NCBI RefSeq assembly: GCF_902713615.1
Contig: NC_052146.1
Coordinates: 18,713,879 to 18,777,878, forward strand
DNA: 64,000 nt
Origin: Scyliorhinus canicula
Lineage: Eukaryota
Direction of reading: 5' to 3'
Below are positions 61,892-64,000 of this stretch, piece after piece (within the stretch, counting starts at the first letter, position 1; each line of letters opens with the position of its first letter). The translations under genes and the position numbers were made by a program. The notes beneath the pieces were generated by a model, which was not told the origin of the DNA, searched no databases, and worked only from the letters and a program-made list of their open reading frames with translations.

Positions 61892-62185
61892 ATGCCGCCG
61901 ACCCTTCGCTCCTGGCTCCTGCTCCTTTTAACCCGTCGCTTCTCTCTCCGCGGCCAGGAGCCGGACGGCATGAGGACGCCCGTGAAGAAGCTGAAAGTTG
62001 GCCTGGAGGGAGAGGAGGCGCCGCTCAAACCCAGCTCCCCGCTCAGCCCCGAGCAGGTGTCCCGCATGGAGAGGAACAGACAGGCGGCCTTGCAGAGACT
62101 TGCTGCCCGCAATGTGCCCCCGGGCTTCGGGGAGAGCTGGAAGAAGGAGCTGATGATGGAGTTCAGCAAGCCATACTTTAGCAAG
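61892..62185 (+). CDS. UNG: UNG exon 1B (UNG1 mitochondrial presequence 61892-61957; shared part from the internal acceptor at 61958). Remaining exons lie beyond the window
   Basis: MPPTLRSWLLLLLTRRFSLRGQ, then ..SPLSPEQVSRMERNRQAALQRLAARNVPPGFGESWKKEL..FSKPYF; donor AAG|GTAAGA. Confidence 0.93.
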
Positions 62186-62444
62186 GTAAGAGAGACTGGC
62201 ACATCAGTTCTGACAGTAGATTTTATATTTCACCCTGGCCTTCTCTCCCAGAATCTAGACTTGTTGAATACCTGTTGCATTGATGACAATTCACCAACTC
62301 CCAATGCAGCTCTGTTTACCTCTCCACAGACCTTTCAGCATTTTCCGCTTTAATTTGAGATTTTCAGCATCTACATTAAGTTTGAGTTTTCTATTCCTCT
62401 AGAATCCTTTAAATTTCATCTCTGATCTGAATTGTAGCTGTATG

Positions 62445-62657
62445 TATTTTTTAAAGTACCCATTTTTTTTTCCAATTAAGGGACAGTTTAACGTGGCCAA
62501 TCCACCAACCCTGCACATGTTGGCTTGTGGGGGTGAGACCCACGCAGACATTGGGAGAATGTGCAAACTCCACACGGACAGCGACCTGGGCCAGGATCGA
62601 ATCCGGATCCTCGGTGCCTTGAGGCAACAGTGCTAACCACTGCGCCACCTTGCCGTC
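62445..62657 (-). mobile_element. HE1/V-type SINE, A-tailed form
   Basis: Flanked by a GCTGT(A/T)TGTATTTT duplication. Confidence 0.82.
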
Positions 62658-62749
62658 CTTGCTGTTTGTATTTTCTACAGTGAGGTTACTTGAATAAATT
62701 TTTAATAGCCTGTTGGATATATAGTTAGAAATCTAGTTGAATCTTTTCT

Positions 62750-63110
62750 ATTCTTTCATGTGATGTACTGAGCCAGCATCTGTCACCCATTCCCTAATTG
62801 CCCTTGAACTGAGTGGCTTTGCTAAACCATTTCACAGGGTAGTTAAGAGTCAACCACGTTGCTGTGTGTTTGGTGTCACATATAGGCCAGACCAGGTACG
62901 GGTGGCGGATTTCCTTCTGTAAAGTACATTAGTGAATCAGACGGGTTCACGTTCACCATTACTGAGACCAGCTTTGTAATCCAGATTTATTAATTGAATT
63001 TTAAATCTGCCGGCTGCCATGACGGGGTTGGGCTGGGATTTGAACCCATGTCCTAAACTCATTAACCTGGACCTTCTGGATTATTAGTCCAGTGGCAATA
63101 CCACTGTCAC
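62750..63110 (-). mobile_element. tRNA-derived SINE sharing the L2/CR1-like tail
   Basis: Homologous to 16000-16350. Confidence 0.72.
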
Positions 63111-63122
63111 CATCTCTCCATG

Positions 63123-63346
63123 GTAAGAAGTCTTACAACACCAGGTTAAAGTCCAACATGTTTGTTTCAAACACTAGCTTTTGGAGCACTGCTCCTTCCT
63201 CAGGTGAATCTATTCACCTGAGGAAGGAGCAGCGCTCCGAAAGCTAGTGTTTGAAACAAACATGTTGGACTTTAACCTGGTGTTGTAAGACTTCTTACTG
63301 TGCTCACCCCAGTCCAATGCCGACATCTCCACATCACGGCTACCAC
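63123..63346 (+). mobile_element. Palindromic Penelope-like non-autonomous element with two hammerhead motifs (copy 2)
   Basis: 87-bp inverted arms 63123-63209 and 63212-63298 with 2 mismatches; CTCCATG repeated at 63116-63122 and 63347-63353. Confidence 0.82.
63215..63249 (+). ncRNA. Minimal type-I hammerhead ribozyme motif (intact core)
   Basis: CAC-CUGAGGA-A-GGAGC(AGC)GCUCC-GAAA-GC-UA^GUG: conserved CUGANGA/GAAA core, 5-bp helix II, palindromic AGCU in place of helix III, CAC/GUG helix I. Confidence 0.72.
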
Positions 63347-63444
63347 CTCCATGATTCTAGTGGCAATTCACTTGACAGTTGAATTTCAGAACCCACTGTT
63401 CTTTTGGTCATGATACGCAACAGTAACTAGATATAAGCTCGTAT

Positions 63445-63860
63445 GAGAAAGAAAGGCTTGCATTTCGAAAGCTTTTCACAACCACCAGATGTCTCTAAGT
63501 GCTTTGCAGCCAATAAGATAGTATGTCCTGAAGCACCAGAAATGCAGCAGCCAATCTGTGCTCAGCAACCTCCACAAATAGCAGTGATCATGACCAGGTA
63601 ATCAGGTTTTTTTGTGTGATGTTAATTGAGGGATGAATGTTGGCCAGGATTCTGGGGTAACTCCACCCTTCTGCTCTTCGAAATAGAGCCGTGGGATCTT
63701 TTGCACCCACCCAGGCAGGGGAGCCTCAGCTTAACATCTCTGAAAGGCAGCTGCTCTGACCATTCCGCGTTCCCGTAGTCCTGCACTGGAGTGTCTGCCT
63801 TGATGCTCTGGGACTTGATCTCAGATCCTTGTAACTCCGGCCAGAGTGCTGCCAACTGAC
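63445..63860 (-). mobile_element. Deu-domain SINE (SacSINE1/AmnSINE-like)
   Basis: Reverse complement of the Deu core (AAAAGATCCCACGGCTCTATTTCGAAGAGCAG). Confidence 0.78.
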
Positions 63861-64000
63861 GGTATAGTAGGCTGGATGGTCTTTGTGAAGTTAATTTGTC
63901 TTCTCCCCACTCCCTGCACAATGTTAATTTTGCCTCCTTGCTTGATGCCTGTGTCTGCTCTCTGGGTTGGGATGGTGCCTCATGTGGCTCAACTCTATTT

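Overview
Eukaryotic, intron-rich vertebrate DNA. The repeat content (HE1/V-type tRNA SINEs, Deu-domain SINEs, CR1, Rex1 and L1/Tx1 LINEs) points to a cartilaginous fish (shark). The window holds a complete 13-exon USP30 gene (+, CDS 12889-45415, 1527 nt, 508 aa by my splicing) and a complete 3-coding-exon ALKBH2 gene (-, 58926-53317, 272 aa). It also holds the 5' end of UNG (+), with nuclear exon 1A (60879-60992) and mitochondrial exon 1B (61892-62185). Gene order and orientation match human 12q24. Exon phases were checked by hand, and human protein comparisons are from memory rather than a search. The rest is transposons and tandem arrays: a near-intact L1/Tx1 ORF2, a decayed Gypsy pol, CR1, Rex1 and L2/CR1-like LINE pieces, at least five SINE types, and four tandem arrays around the USP30 promoter. 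The most unusual observations are: (1) two ~220-bp intronic palindromic elements, each carrying a mirror-image pair of minimal type-I hammerhead ribozyme motifs (Penelope-like), one motif intact and in the sense orientation of the UNG pre-mRNA; (2) a perfect splice donor that could remove the UNG1 start codon and mitochondrial presequence to give a third isoform; (3) a shifted splice acceptor at USP30 exon 10; (4) an open in-frame upstream extension of USP30 through a 57-bp VNTR; (5) SINE tails that mimic the Rex1 LINE 3' stem-loop.
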